Of a stretch of DNA of 64,000 bases, positions 32,106-44,671 are shown piece by piece. How positions within the stretch are numbered: position 1 is the first letter of the stretch; each line of letters starts with the position of its first letter. The notes under the pieces are model-generated. The model had not been told where the DNA came from and did no database searches. It saw only the letters and a program-made list of their open reading frames with translations. Source of the DNA: Oikopleura dioica (lineage: Eukaryota > Animalia > Chordata); contig OU015568.1 of NCBI GenBank assembly GCA_907165135.1, positions 2,790,001 to 2,854,000 on the forward strand, in the 5' to 3' direction. The translations under genes were made by a program, and so were the position numbers.

Positions 32106-33032
32106 TTAGTTCTGAGCATTGAGCCAGAGGAATCGAGGATCCTCTGCCGCCCAGGGCTGAGAGGAGTACTCGGCTCGTGTTCGGTTGACCAAATCGCGGA
32201 TGAAGTGATTGAGGGCATCCTGAACGTCTGGAGCAGAAGACCAGGTTCGTCGGATGATGACGGTCTTCAGAAGAGCGTGCCATTGGTCAAGGTTTTCGAC
32301 GTATTTTACCTAAAGGAAGTTTGAATTTGAGTAATAAAAAGCGATATTTTTTGTTTGAAAAAAAGCCAATTTAGAAATATAATGAAAAATTAACTTACTC
32401 TCATAAGTGTATCAGGCTTGAGGAAGGAATCGGTCGAATCATCCCATTCAGCAAAAGTCATGTGAACGGCTCGCTTGGCTTCTCCACACAATCTCGAGTC
32501 ATCAGTGAATCCGCAGAATTTGCTGACAAGGGCGTCTGATAGATCGTGAGCAGAGAATTCTTCAGGGACGCATTCCAAAAAGTTGCTTGGGACGATGTAC
32601 GGGCTCCAGGGTTCTTGAAGGTCGGGCTCGGTGAAGTTTTCGCCGTCCCAGATCATGAAGCCGGACTGTTCGGGGCAGGAGACTTTTGGTGCTTCGTCGG
32701 AAGAGTAGCCGCGGATCATGTCTTTGTCGTCTTTTTTTGTGAAGGACCCAGCGGGCGAGTTCTTTGTCGAAGGAAAGAGCGATGTCTCCAGCGGAGGAAG
32801 AATATTCTGTCGGAGAGACTTTACGAATCCGTCCGGAGAAAAGAGCAACATCGCCCCAAACCTTAAGGGTGTCACAACAAACAGGAACATTGGCAATTTC
32901 TCTAGCAGCTGGGTTTCTAGCAATATTGAGCTTGTTTCCGTAAAACTCGGCAGCGTCAAATTCAAGGTAGTCATCGTCCCACTCGTTTTCTTGGGCGAGT
33001 GCGGAAATGGCGAAAAAGCTGAAAAGTTTCAT
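32106..33032 (-). CDS. Hypothetical secreted protein with one homopolymer frameshift
   Basis: Signal peptide MKLFSFFAISALA. ORFs 32562-33032 and 32390-32974 join if the T7 run at 32732-32738 were T6. The last exon reads VKYVENLDQWHALL..WLNAQN*. Confidence 0.6.
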
Positions 33033-34470
33033 TTTTCTATTTTTCGCAGTGTTTTACTCTGAGTAAGCAGTGTAAGAAGCCCGGAGAAGTGAGCGCGATT
33101 TTATAGCAGCGCGGTTAATTCCGCGGCGCGGGGCGCTAGGGAGCGGCAAAATGAGCTTTCGCGAGCGGGGGAAAGATTGATAAGGATTTGAGGGAACGTG
33201 TTGTTTTCATGCTGGGCTGAGTTTTTTCATTTCGAGATAGGATATCAGTCAATGAACGACATTAACATGCAGCATGTTACATGCTGATACGTATTTTGGT
33301 CAGAAGACATCATCTTCTTATATATTTCCGAATGAAGTTTTTGATTTTCTAGTTCATGGTCTCGCTAAAGAATGAGCAGCGCTCAAAAGTTGCGTAAATT
33401 TCTCTAGATGAAATGTTTTTCTCATCGCTTAGACCAGTAAATACTCAGTCTTCGGATTTATTCCGTCCGAAAGCGAGCAAAACGAGGTATATAGGCTATT
33501 TAAAATAGCCTTTTCAAAAAAAGCACCTGTTTATTTTATTGAAATTCAAGTCATTAAAATTTTCAGAAAATAACGATATCGAGAGAAGAAGAAAATCGAG
33601 ATTCCGAAAAAGAGAGATCAGAAGGTCGACGAACCTTCGAAAAACGAGCAAGAAGATGATGATGGTTATTTACCAAATTAAACCTTCGACTTTTCCTGAA
33701 TAAAATCAATTTCTTTTTATCACACTTTGTCTTTTTTCGCAACTTTCAGTTAGTTTAAATGGAAAGCGGTCCTCATCAGTATAAGGAACGACGAAATATG
33801 GGTTTCAGAAAAGTTGAAAAAGAGAGTTGCGAAAATTTGCGCAGAAATTAAAGCCTCTTCAAAAACTTTCGTATTTCGCGGTTTTTGTCCCTGAAAACCA
33901 CGTTCGCTCGATCCACCTCTAAATCGAGCTTTTCTGGTTTGATTTAGAACCCTCGTTCCTCGCAATCGGAATTCTGAGGCGATGAAATTCAGAATTTTCG
34001 ATTTTGCAAAAAAGGAATTTGCGATTCAAATTTCATTCTCGAAATTCTAGATTTTCAAAGCTGCCGCGAAAAAGGTGAAAAACATGTTGGATTACATGAA
34101 CTTCAAAATTCTAATTTCAAAATTAAAAAAAAGCACGTGACATCTGGCTCGTTAGGTTTTTTTGCGAGAAACAGACGCGGAAAAGCTAGAATCTAAAAGC
34201 CTCTTTTTGATTTATAAATTTCGCTGCAGCTCTTGAGAAAAAAAGATGCAAAACCGCAAAGCGAATTTTCTTTAGAATGTGTTTGGTATTGAAACGTGTT
34301 CTGTCCCCTGAACCGCTCGCCTTACGGCGGCGGTGGTGTTGATGTTTTGTGCTAAACATCGAAATGGAGCGGTTTGAAATAAAAAAATAAGCTAGGGTGC
34401 GCGAGACGATTTTCCGGAAAACAAAATTAGTGGGACTTTATTGAATCAAGGATAGAGGAAGTAAATACGA

Positions 34471-35132
34471 TCAGTAGATTTTCTTTATTTGGTCGTTCCC
34501 AAACGGTTTTCTGCATTTTGGACAAATCTTCGGATTCAAAGAATGCAAACAGTTGAAGCAGAAGGAGTGAAAGCAAAGGGCAATGCATGCTTGTTGATGA
34601 TTTTCGCCATCGAATTGCTCGAAACAGACACCGCAAGAAGGCCCTTCGGTTTCATTGACGGTCTCATCTGAAAATAATGAAATTTTAATTATAAATAATA
34701 AAGATGGAATTCCATAAACGACCACATACTTTGTTGTTTTGATGTTAAATCATTTTCGATCTTTTTGATTTTGAGCTCAATATTTTTGATCTCTTCATCA
34801 ATATTTTCTTGGTCGACGAGTAAGCGTTGAATTTCTTTTTCATTCTTCTTTTTTCTTGTTTGTGCTTTTTGAAGTTCTAGCTTAGCGTATACGAGTGACT
34901 TTTCATTCGAAATTTTTTCCTCGTTACGAAGTCTTTTGATTTCGTTTTCGTGATGCTTGATTTGCTGTGTATTCGTTGGTATAATCTGAGAACCGTATGT
35001 TGATGGAGAGTTTCGGTAGGTCTGTAAATTTTTGGCTTGTCGCTCAAATTTTTTTGCCAATCCTCGAGCTAAAGTCAATTTTCTCCTAGATGAAAGATTT
35101 TTCATTTCATCCTCTTGCGCCTCCTCTGACAT
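34471..35132 (-). CDS. Coiled-coil protein with C-terminal C3HC4 RING finger
   Basis: Long heptad-rich exon (34689-35132 ORF), an intron, then SCGVCFEQF..IALCFHSFCFNCLHSLNPKICPKCRKPF. Confidence 0.85.
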
Positions 35133-35460
35133 GATTACTCTTATAAAACTGTGAAAAGATTTTTTAACTTCCTCTTCTTCTTTATTTTATTTTCCTTAGC
35201 TTTATTGATGACATTTATAGACTGTAAACGCAGAATAAATATTTGATCTAATCGAATCTTTTTCGATGCCACCCTAGTTGGGTGTTGAACGCGCTCAATT
35301 CTAGCGATGGATTAGTTCTCCCGAATCGCGATCGCCCCTGGGCCCAGCAAGAGTACGTAAAAGATATCATCAATCTCCACCTTCGCGTGAATAAATTCTT
35401 TTAATCAAGTCATTAAAACATCAAGTTAAACAAAAATATAATGCGCAGAAAAATCAGTTT

Positions 35461-36158
35461 TTAGCCGCAGTATTGTACTCGCTGGCAGCCGCAAGTTTTG
35501 ACGAGCATATTATTGATGCTAGAAATTGTGTCGTCTTTGAAGATGTTGAGCGGGCTGTAGGAAATCGTTGCGCAGCCGTTGAAGTATTCTGATTCCTCGG
35601 CATTTTTTAAACTGAAGTCATACACTACCTGGAACAGAAAAATGACCTACCTCCGAGACGAAAACTGACAGTAACCAGAACAGGTGCCAATGTTAATCAG
35701 CTCATTGTCCTTCGCCATGAGAGGTCGCCAACCGCCAGAGATCTCCTCCAACTCTAGAGCTGTTATGAAAAGATCTTCTCGTTGGCAAGGCTTGTCGCAG
35801 TGGTCGATCTTTTCATCGCCGGAGAAGAGGAGAAGCCCGCGTTTTGAGAAGAAAGAGGACGGATCAGGAGGGGTGTAGGTCGGATCGCGAAGACATTCTC
35901 TTTTATTGAGATTCAAGGATGTTTTTAAGGGGATAAGAGGCAGAATAAGGGTGTCAAAATGTTAACTCTTTTTGAAATGAGCAAATTACACCCTTATTTG
36001 CATTATTTTTCATTTAAAAATATAAAATCTTTTCTGGGAATCTTCGACTTTTCGGGAAATCTGGCAGCGCATCTTCTCACGTCATCTAAGTGACTTGCAA
36101 ATTGATCGAGTCCGAGAACGCTTGAAAAAGCGCCAAGAACTAAAAATATTAAAATCAT
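35461..36158 (-). CDS. Divergent TGF-beta superfamily cystine-knot protein (short prodomain; in-frame TAG or atypical intron at 35647)
   Basis: Signal MILIFLVLGAFSSVLG; KR site; PCQREDLFI..GW..NIGTCSGYC..GCATISYSPLNIF..NMLVKTCGC matches the TGF-beta cysteine and hydrophobic pattern. Confidence 0.7.
35944..35998. repeat. 55-bp inverted-repeat micro-element in an intron
   Basis: aataagggtgt...acacccttatt hairpin, with TA flanking agggtgt/acaccct. Confidence 0.5.
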
Positions 36159-36767
36159 GAACAAGTTAATTTTCGCTCGAGAAGTTGGCTTATATGGTCG
36201 GGCAAAATTAATGCGCTCCAGAAGAGGAAGTGTTGATCATTGATTTTTATTGATTGATTACGAGGATTATGCACGAAGAAATTGGTATATTCTTCTGTCT
36301 CTTGATAAAGTTCACTTTTAGAAAAAAGTTGGCGAGCAAAGATCTGAAAGAAAAGACCGAATCGATGTCATACCGAAAACCGAATGAAAATTGAACGATA
36401 AAGCCTTGTGAAGCTCCAGCTGCTTACACAAAGTGGCACTTGCGCTGCGCAAATCTGCCTCGCCGTAAAAACAGCGCATGAAATTGAGTTAGAAGGATTT
36501 CAACCGGTTAGAATACACATTGTTGCGAAAATTGATCAAGAAGATGATGGTACTTTTTACGATGAACTTGCTCAATATTAACTGAATTTCCTGACGATGC
36601 CGCTTTCCTAGCGACAACCCTACTGAGTTTGAACTATAATTGTTTGTTTTGATTATGATGTATGGTCTTATTTTGACCAAGTCCTGGGCATCAAATGGTC
36701 AGTGCATCGATTCTAAAACGACTATCCTCTAATACCACCTCAGTTATCTTTTTCTGAAGATCTCACG

Positions 36768-38402
36768 ATGAAGCTTTTACCGACCTTTGTTTTCGGCGCT
36801 ATCGTTGCTCAAGACTACTTCGACGCAGAAGGCGAGAGAAAAAAGAAAAAGACCAAAGTGACGAAAAGCGATGCTTGTGGGTGCACTGAGATGCCTAAAA
36901 ATGGACCTGATGCGGTTGCTACTTGTGTTATGGTAAGAAATGGTTTAAAATAGTCACTAGATTTTGATAAACGTTAGAATGGCGGAAAACGAAAAACGAT
37001 TGATTGGACTTGCCCAGCGACCGGAACGACTCAACGATTCAGCAATATTAAATGCAAAGGAATTCGTAAGAGAAAATTGGACGAGCAATGTGGTGATCTG
37101 GTCTGCAATTGTCGATTTGAAATGGACGCATTTGTTTCGACTATGAATCCTGATGAAGGGCAAGCTGTCGGTTTGTGTACCAATCCTCACAAAAAGCCGA
37201 CATACAAGCTTTTTTGCGACGCGAATTCTGACAATATTCATGATGGCGGAGAATCTTTCCAGGAATTCCGAGTGAGGTGCCGAAACGGAGCGCTCTTCAA
37301 GAGCAAATTTAACCAAGTTCTTTGCGGCAACTCGATCATCGGAGGCGATGGCTGGGAAGCTGGGCCTGCTTCGATGCCCTCTGGCTTGACTTGCGCAGAC
37401 CCAACGAGTCCGTTTACTGCGCGGAGAAAGCGCAAGATCAAAGACTTTGCGACCTCGAAAATCGTTGGTGGTCAGACAGTTGATAGAAAATCAACATGGC
37501 CTTGGATTGTGAAAACGCCAGGATGCGGCGGAACTATCATTTCAGCGAATCCGAGCGGAACGAGCGATTGGATTCTTACAGGAACGTTTTGAAACGAAAC
37601 CTTTTTTTCACCGAATTCTCGAGAACTTCGATTTCTTCAAAACTTTAAAGCTGCTCATTGTTGCGAAGGATTGTCTTCAATGAATGTGATTGTCGGATCT
37701 GAAGATCGAAGTATTGGTGGAGCTTCTACTGATGAAGAGTTTCGGGTGACATCCCTTAGCATCGTCATGCATCCAGATTACAATGGTGATCTTGGATCTC
37801 CTTCATCGCCTGGAGCTGATGTCTGTCTTGTCGAAGTTCCGAATCTATCAGGAATGGTTTATTTCTTGCTTTGAAATAAGGTTAATTTGATCAATAAAAT
37901 AAATCATGCTAGATGCTCAGCCTGTCGGATGCGTTGACTGTTGGAAACCAGCCTGTCTCCCTGCAGCCCATGTCGACGACAAAAGACTTTGCTACGTCGC
38001 TGGCTGGGGGACCACTTCCTCTGGTGGAAATTCGCCTACATTCGTAATGCTTTAGTTCAGATTTTGAAGCTTTCCTATTTATAAATTTAGCTCCGCGACG
38101 TTGGCGTTCATGCTTTTTCTCAAGAAGCTTGCGAATCAATCCCGGACATGAGCGGCGGAATCGTTCAAGATAATGAGTTCTGCGTTGGTGTTCCCGATTT
38201 CAATGGAGACGGCATCACTGACGGAGGGAAAGACTCATGCCAAGGTGATTCTGGCGGACCTCTGGTTTGCGAAGAGTCTGGCACTGCTGTTCTCTACGGC
38301 GTCGTCAGTTGGGGCTTCGGCTGTGCTTCTCCAGATCGACCGGGAGTCTACGCTAAAGTAGCGTCTTTTACTAACTGGATTTTCTCAACAATGAATGCAT
38401 AA
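36768..38402 (+). CDS. Trypsin-like serine protease with N-terminal Cys-rich region
   Basis: Signal peptide, Cys-rich N-terminus, RRKR, KIVGG, GCGGTII, ILT|AAHC across a GA-AG intron (37582-37650), [36 protein letters not shown]. Confidence 0.93.
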
Positions 38403-38972
38403 ATAAACGAATCCAGTTTCATGAAAACGCATCTAGTTCCTGAAATCTAAGACTTTCGTAATCCGGCTCTCATGGAATTTTAAAAAGAGCCCTTCTAGTG
38501 CTCTTGCTGGGCGGAGATGATAGTAAAATCCGCGGTTCGGATTTGAAAATTTGACGCGATTGCGGTCAGCTCGACCAGCGTACTTCTGCGGTTGAGTTTA
38601 ACGCGATTTCATGATTTCAACGTTCCGAATTAAATTTTGTTTTCATTACGCTCCTTTTTGCTGGATACAGGGAAACGAGACGACTTCTAGAAGGATTAAG
38701 CGGTGATGTTCCATCATGGAACTGGCGGATGAAGTGCCCGACCACTTGATTTGGTAGAAAACCTCGTAATTAGCCAATTTGCAGAAATAACGAAGATTTC
38801 TAGTAAACAGCTCTAATTCGAGAAGTTTTGATAGAAAAAAGTATAATAAATGCTGACTTTAGATATTTGCTTGATTGAATGTCGGCGAGAAATGATTTTC
38901 TCGGAAAGTCAATATTTACTGGGAGGTGTTCGCTCAGTTCAGTTTATGGTTCTTTCCAGAAAAGAAAAGAGC

Positions 38973-41291
38973 ATGGAGATCATTTGTGCCGGTTTTCCGA
39001 AGACATCATCGAAAAGCTGCTCTACTTGTCTCCGGTAAAATTTAATGCGATTTTTATTCTATTGTTCAATAAACCAAAACAAATTCTTGATGAGGACCAT
39101 AACAAAAGAATCAGTTTTACAAAGACGCGCTTTTTTTTAGGTTGGGGTATTTAAATCTCCCACTAACTTCTTTTTAGGCCCGGAACACCATATATATTTA
39201 GAATTAGCAGGAAAAATCTAGAAACTTGACCATAACCGATTCTCAAAAATCACTTCCGGTAGCGATTCTAGAGCCGGAAGTTGATGAAAGTTAGGTGTTA
39301 GGGTGAAGTGTGACCTATCAAATTGATGCTCAGAAGATTTTGAATTATGCTATAATCAAAATATCAGAAGAAACAGTCTTAAACGTGGTCAAACCCACCG
39401 GTAAAATTATGTTAAAAAGACATAAAATGATGAAATTCTTTTCAGTTTTTTCCGATTGGTTTGATTCCCGTTGGTGTTGATTTTTCTTAAACGATAGGAA
39501 ATCGTCTGAGCATCAATTTGATAGGTCACACTTCACCCTAACACCTAAATTTCATCAACTTCCGGCTCTAGAATCGCTACCGGAAAGTCACATTGACGCG
39601 CTTTTTTAAGGTTGGGGTATTTAAATCTCCCACTAACTTCTTTTTAGGCCCGGAAGACCATATATATTTAGAATCAGCAGGAAAAATCTAGAAACTTGAC
39701 CATAACCGATTCTCAAAAATCACTTCCGGTAGCGATTCTAGAGCCGGAAGTTGATGAAATTTAGGTGTTAGGGTGAAGTGTGACCTATCAAATTGATGCT
39801 CAGACGATTTCCTATCGTTTAAGAAAAAAATCAACACCAACGGGAATCAAACCAATCGGAAAAAACTGAAAAGAATTTCATCATTTTATGTCTTTTTTAA
39901 CATAATTTTACCGGTGGGTTTGACCACGTTTAAGACTGTTTCTTCTGATATTTTGATTATAGGATAATTCAAAATCTTCTGAGCATCAATTTGATAGGTC
40001 ACACTTCACCCTAACACCTAACTTTCATCAACTTCCGGCTCTAGAATCGCTACCGGAAGTGATTTTTGAGAATCGGTTATGGTCAAGTTTCTAGATTTTT
40101 CCTGCTAATTCTAAATATATATGGTGTTCCGGGCCTAAAAAGAAGTTAGTGGGAGATTTAAATACCCCAACCTTAAAAGCGCGTCATTATTTTTCATAAA
40201 ATAATCGAAGCAAAAGACCTTAAGGTAAACTTCGAAATATAGTGCACAGTGAGAGTCTCTTTTGACACCCAAATGAATGGAAATATTTAGCTATGATTTT
40301 TTTTAATTATAATTCATCTTAGAACACTTGGCTTCAAAGTCGCCGATTACATCGAAACTGCCGAGTTCTTGTCCGAAATCTGGGTCGAATACATCAACGG
40401 ACGATGTTCGATTCATAAAGTCATCGAAGAATACAACAAGCATGGTTTTCAAGGTCTCTTTCATCCACCTCATCAAAACGCCTTCTAAAATTTTCTTTCT
40501 AGCAAATCAGGACATTCCTGGAAATCTGTACTGGGAAGAGCTTTTCCACGCCTCTCCCAATGCAAAAGTGATTCTGACCGTCCGAGACAGCACCGAAGTC
40601 TGGAACAGAAGCATGGTCAACTTCATGCTGCAGGAAGCAAAAAGACTTGGAAATCCGGGCTTTTGGCTCTTTCATCGATTCTCCAGTTTGGGATGGACGA
40701 GTCCGAGAATGCTCAACATGCTTGAAATAATTGAAGTAGGCCTCCTTGAGATCAAAAATTGAAGGTTTTTCAATAATATTAGAAAGTGAAAAACACGATG
40801 TTTTTCCGCGCTCCCGATGTGAAATGGTTTCCCGCAGATTGGCGAAAGTTCACCTGGCAGAGTCAGAATGAAATGATGGGGAAGTATTGGGAATCGATGA
40901 AGGACAAGTACGAAGCTCAAATTCGACGAGTGAAGGAAGTCGTTCCAGAGGACCGTCTTCTCGTCTGGAATATCAAGGAAGGATGGGAGCCGCTTTGCAA
41001 GTTTCTCGATAGACCTGTCCCTAATTCTCCCATTCCAGTAGGTCAATTTTTGATTGTTAAAGCCAATTATCTTATTAGCACGATAATCGAACTGGTGACC
41101 ACGAGTTCATGGAAAGATATTTCCTCGAAAGCGATGTAGGAAAAGAAATGAAATCGTACATGAAATGGTACTTTGCCAAATTTCTGCTCAAAACCGTGAT
41201 CATTTCCGGCGCCCTGATCTATGAGAAGAAAAATGACTTCAGAATCACTCGAGCTCTTGTTTCTTCTGTCAGATCAAAATTGAATTTCTAA
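38973..41291 (+). CDS. Sulfotransferase family 4 (P-loop) protein, paralog 1
   Basis: MEIICAGFPKTSSKSC..LR|TLGFKVAD, DIPGNLYWEEL..SPNAKVILTVRD, VPEDRLLVWNIKEGWEPLCKFL..PVP. Intron 1 (about 39033-40322) is enlarged by a palindrome. Confidence 0.85.
39124..40185. repeat. About 1.06 kb near-perfect palindrome made of two head-to-tail MITE copies with inverted cores
   Basis: TIR block gacgcgctttt..ggttggggtatttaaatctcccac occurs at 39124 and 39595 and inverted at -40185. The core is forward in copy 1 (whose right TIR is truncated near 39585) and reversed in copy 2. Confidence 0.85.
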
Positions 41292-41458
41292 AAATATAAT
41301 GAGTCTATTTTATAAGTTTTATGAACTCTAAAAGATCCAATTTTTTGACCCCTCGCCAAGTTTTAACGTAATTCGCCGATTTGTAAGTCAATATTTGCCC
41401 GGAGGAGTGCAAAGAATTTGAATTCTTTCGAGGTCGGTTTCTATTGCAAAATAAGAGC

Positions 41459-42616
41459 ATGGAGATTATTTGCGCCGGCTTTTCGAAAACTTCGTCGAAG
41501 AGTTGTTCTTCTTGTCTAAGGTTTGCTTTTTTTCTAGTACTTCTTTTTCAATTTTGAAAACCATAAAATAAGTTTTTTAACATCAGACTAGATTTTTCAA
41601 TTATTTCTAAAATATGATAAATCTTTCAAACCATCTTCATCTCGCTTCTTTTTCGTAGGACTCTTGGGTACAAAGTTGCCGATTATTTCGAAACCTGTCA
41701 GTTTCTTTCGGACATCTGGCTCGATTACTTGGAAGGAAGGTGTTCAATTCATAAAGTCATCGATGAATACAAGAAATACGGCTTTCAAGGTATCAATCTT
41801 CTCAATTCTTCATTCTTCTTATCTTGTTCAAGCTAATCAAGACTTTCCCGGCAACATGTACTGGGAAGAACTGTACCACGCTTCCCCAAATGCAAAAGTC
41901 ATCATAACCATTCGAGACAACGCCGAAGTCTGGCACCAGAGCCAGTTCAATTTCATGCGTCAAGAATTTCAGCGCCTCGGAAATCCAGGTTTTTGGCTTT
42001 ATCAACGCTTCACGAACTTTGGTTGGACAAGCCCCAGGATGAATAATATACGAAAAATTTTCCAGGTATAAATTCTCATCTTAAAAAAGTAAAGAAAAAT
42101 CAAGATTGTTTCGAACGAAAAATTTTTCCGGACAAATGAGCCGGTAAAATGGTCTCCTGCTGATTGGAAAATGTTCACGTGGCAGCAGCAGCTTGAATAC
42201 ATGAAACCCTATTGGGAGGCTGAAAAGGACAAATATGAAGCCCAAATTCGACGAGTCAAGAAAGTTGTCCCAGAAGATCGACTTCTTGTTTGGAATATCA
42301 AAGAAGGATGGGAGCCACTTTGCAAATTTCTTGGAAAACCCGTCCCTGACTTCCCTATCCCAGTAAGTCCACAAATCATCATCTAAAATTCATCGATTCT
42401 CAGCACGAAAACAGAACTGGTGATCACGAGTTCGTGCAAAAATATTTCATCGAGAGCGAAGTTGGAAAAGAAGCGTTTTCCTGCATGAAATGGCACTTTC
42501 GCATGTTTCTTTTAAAAACTGCAGTCATTTCTGGGGCGCTTATTTTTGAGAAGCGAAATAACTTTCGAATAACAAGATATCTTCTTTCTTCTGTTCGAGG
42601 AGTCCTGAATCTCTAA
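41459..42616 (+). CDS. Sulfotransferase family 4 (P-loop) protein, paralog 2
   Basis: MEIICAGFSKTSSKSC; the same exon structure and motifs as paralog 1 (WEELYHASPNAKVIITIRD, EGWEPLCKFLGKPVP). Confidence 0.85.
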
Positions 42617-44348
42617 GGAAATAAAATTCATTATCCAGTAAATAAGTAGCGTCTTGAAAAACGTTCTTCTTGACAAAGTAGCTCATAATCATGAGAATCT
42701 AACTTGGTCGAACTACGAGCGTAATAAGAATTGATGACATTTTACACGATTCTGACGTGTCGAAGAAGAAGAATTATGTCTTCTCGGCATATTTGGAATT
42801 TGAAGTGAAGAGGAAACTATCCAAAATCATGAAGCAAAGGGCCTTTCTATCCAGCTTTTTCCCACATTCTCTGTGGTTTTTTCATTGTGGTATATCCGGG
42901 GTAAACCCTTAAATCCACCTTGCTGTCTTTTCTCGGAAGAGAGTTTTGATTGCGCTGGTTCCAAAAATAATGATCAAACTCGAAAAGTTCCTTCCTTTGA
43001 ACTCTTTTAAATATTTATCTTGTTCATCTATCCGATATTTTGATAGGTAAAAACTCCTCTCCAAATAACCTCAACACTGTCGATCGTCGCCCAATTTCGT
43101 TATCAATCGAATTTTCTCGCTGTAATAACTGAATCAAGCTCGTGTTTGATCAAGTACGTTATGCATTCTGGACGAAAAAAGCACTAGCAATTTTGAGATA
43201 TCTCTACGTGGAATTTTCATTTTGGTTACCGGAGAGCGGATGAAGGAATATTTTCTGAGGTCGGAGATACTAGCAAAAAGGGTGGCATTTTAGGGATAAG
43301 AAATAACAGCGCAGATCAATTAACATTTGTATACCAGTTCAAAAACATTAAAAAAGAGGGCAGAACCAATAAAATTAAGTGATTTTATGGATCAGGCTTT
43401 TGATTGGCCGGTAGGCCTAATACAGCAATCTTATTGGCTATCCAAAATCCACTTCTATATTTTGATTTAGTCCAAAAAAGAGGGTTCGGGTAATTTTTAC
43501 AGTGTTTTATTCTCATAAAATAATGTATATTTACAATTTTAATTACATAATTGTTGATACAAAATTCGATAATTACGAATTACAGTAAAAATAAATGAAT
43601 AATAAATACTCCTTTTGAAAGAAAACTTCTCCATCCACCACTAGACACTGGCGAAAAAATGACTTCATTGAAGAAATTGTCCCTCAAACTCTTCATTTTG
43701 TCTTCTACTTTTTCAAGGAACGATCTCTTGAACTGAAAATCGTGAATAAGATTTCGTGAACAGCGAGTTTTGAAAGAACAGCGATTGTTTAAATTCTCAC
43801 CTGTGCGTCGGAGAACGAGATTGCTTTCTGGGCGACGAAATGCCTTTCTACGTCGCCGCAAGAATTCTTTCGCGAATATCTGAATATCAAAGATTATAAT
43901 TTATCGAAAAACTTAAAAATTTCGACATCAAGTTTTCATTTTTAGAACAAAAAATAAGAAACTTGAAACACTTCTTCGGAAATCTGTCCACTCAAGAGTA
44001 ATGTTCACCCTGTGGTCTATGCCATAATCTTACGAAAAAATCAATCGCTCTGGTCAGGACCTTCTATTATTTTCGTCTCAACGTGTAATCTCAAGTGAGC
44101 CTCGCGAAAGCTCCCGGTTCACCGCTCCTGGAAACTCCTTTTTTTCGAAAAAAGGCAATAATAATAAGCGCTTCTGGTATTTTAAATTTTAAGCTCTTGA
44201 ATGTCTTGTTGCTAGTTATTGGGTAAATAGAGGCTCACTTTTTATAAAAAGTAACAAGTTTCTTTTCTTAATAAAATGTAATCAAATGAAAACGTGATCA
44301 AGTAATTGCGTTGAATAACTTATCAGAATATTTTGAACACATATAAAA

Positions 44349-44671
44349 GGCTATGGTCAATTTTTGGAGTTAAGAAGATTTGGAGTAAGCTAAAAGGAGC
44401 AACTTTATTTTCCGGAGATACTCCAAATTGGAGCAAAATTTCAACGCCGATTTTAAGGGTGTTGCAGAAATATTTAAGGGTATTTGAATAGCTCAAAAGA
44501 AAGCCCGGGCCCCGAGGCGCGTTTTTGCCAGGGTTTGACAGGGCCGGGAGGCCCTTAACACCATTAAAATCGGCTTTGAAATTTTGCTCCGATTTGGAGT
44601 ATCTCCGGAAAATAAAGTTGCTCCTTTTAGCTTACTCCAAATCTTCTTAACTCCAAAAATTGTGTCGAGCC
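44349..44671. mobile_element. Mutator-like MITE
   Basis: TIRs of about 110 bp (caatttttggagttaagaagatttggagtaagctaaaaggagcaactttattttccggagatactccaaat..) and a perfect 9-bp TSD catataaaa (44340-44348, 44672-44680). Confidence 0.9.

Noticed and set aside
33373-33680. Possible small spliced gene ending ..DDDGYLPN*
   Set aside because: No consistent start or splice path was found.
42640-43900. Coding-looking minus-strand fragments
   Set aside because: Multiple stops and frameshifts and no recognisable motif. Similar unresolved fragments occur at 6200-6600, 45480-46330 and 47300-48800.
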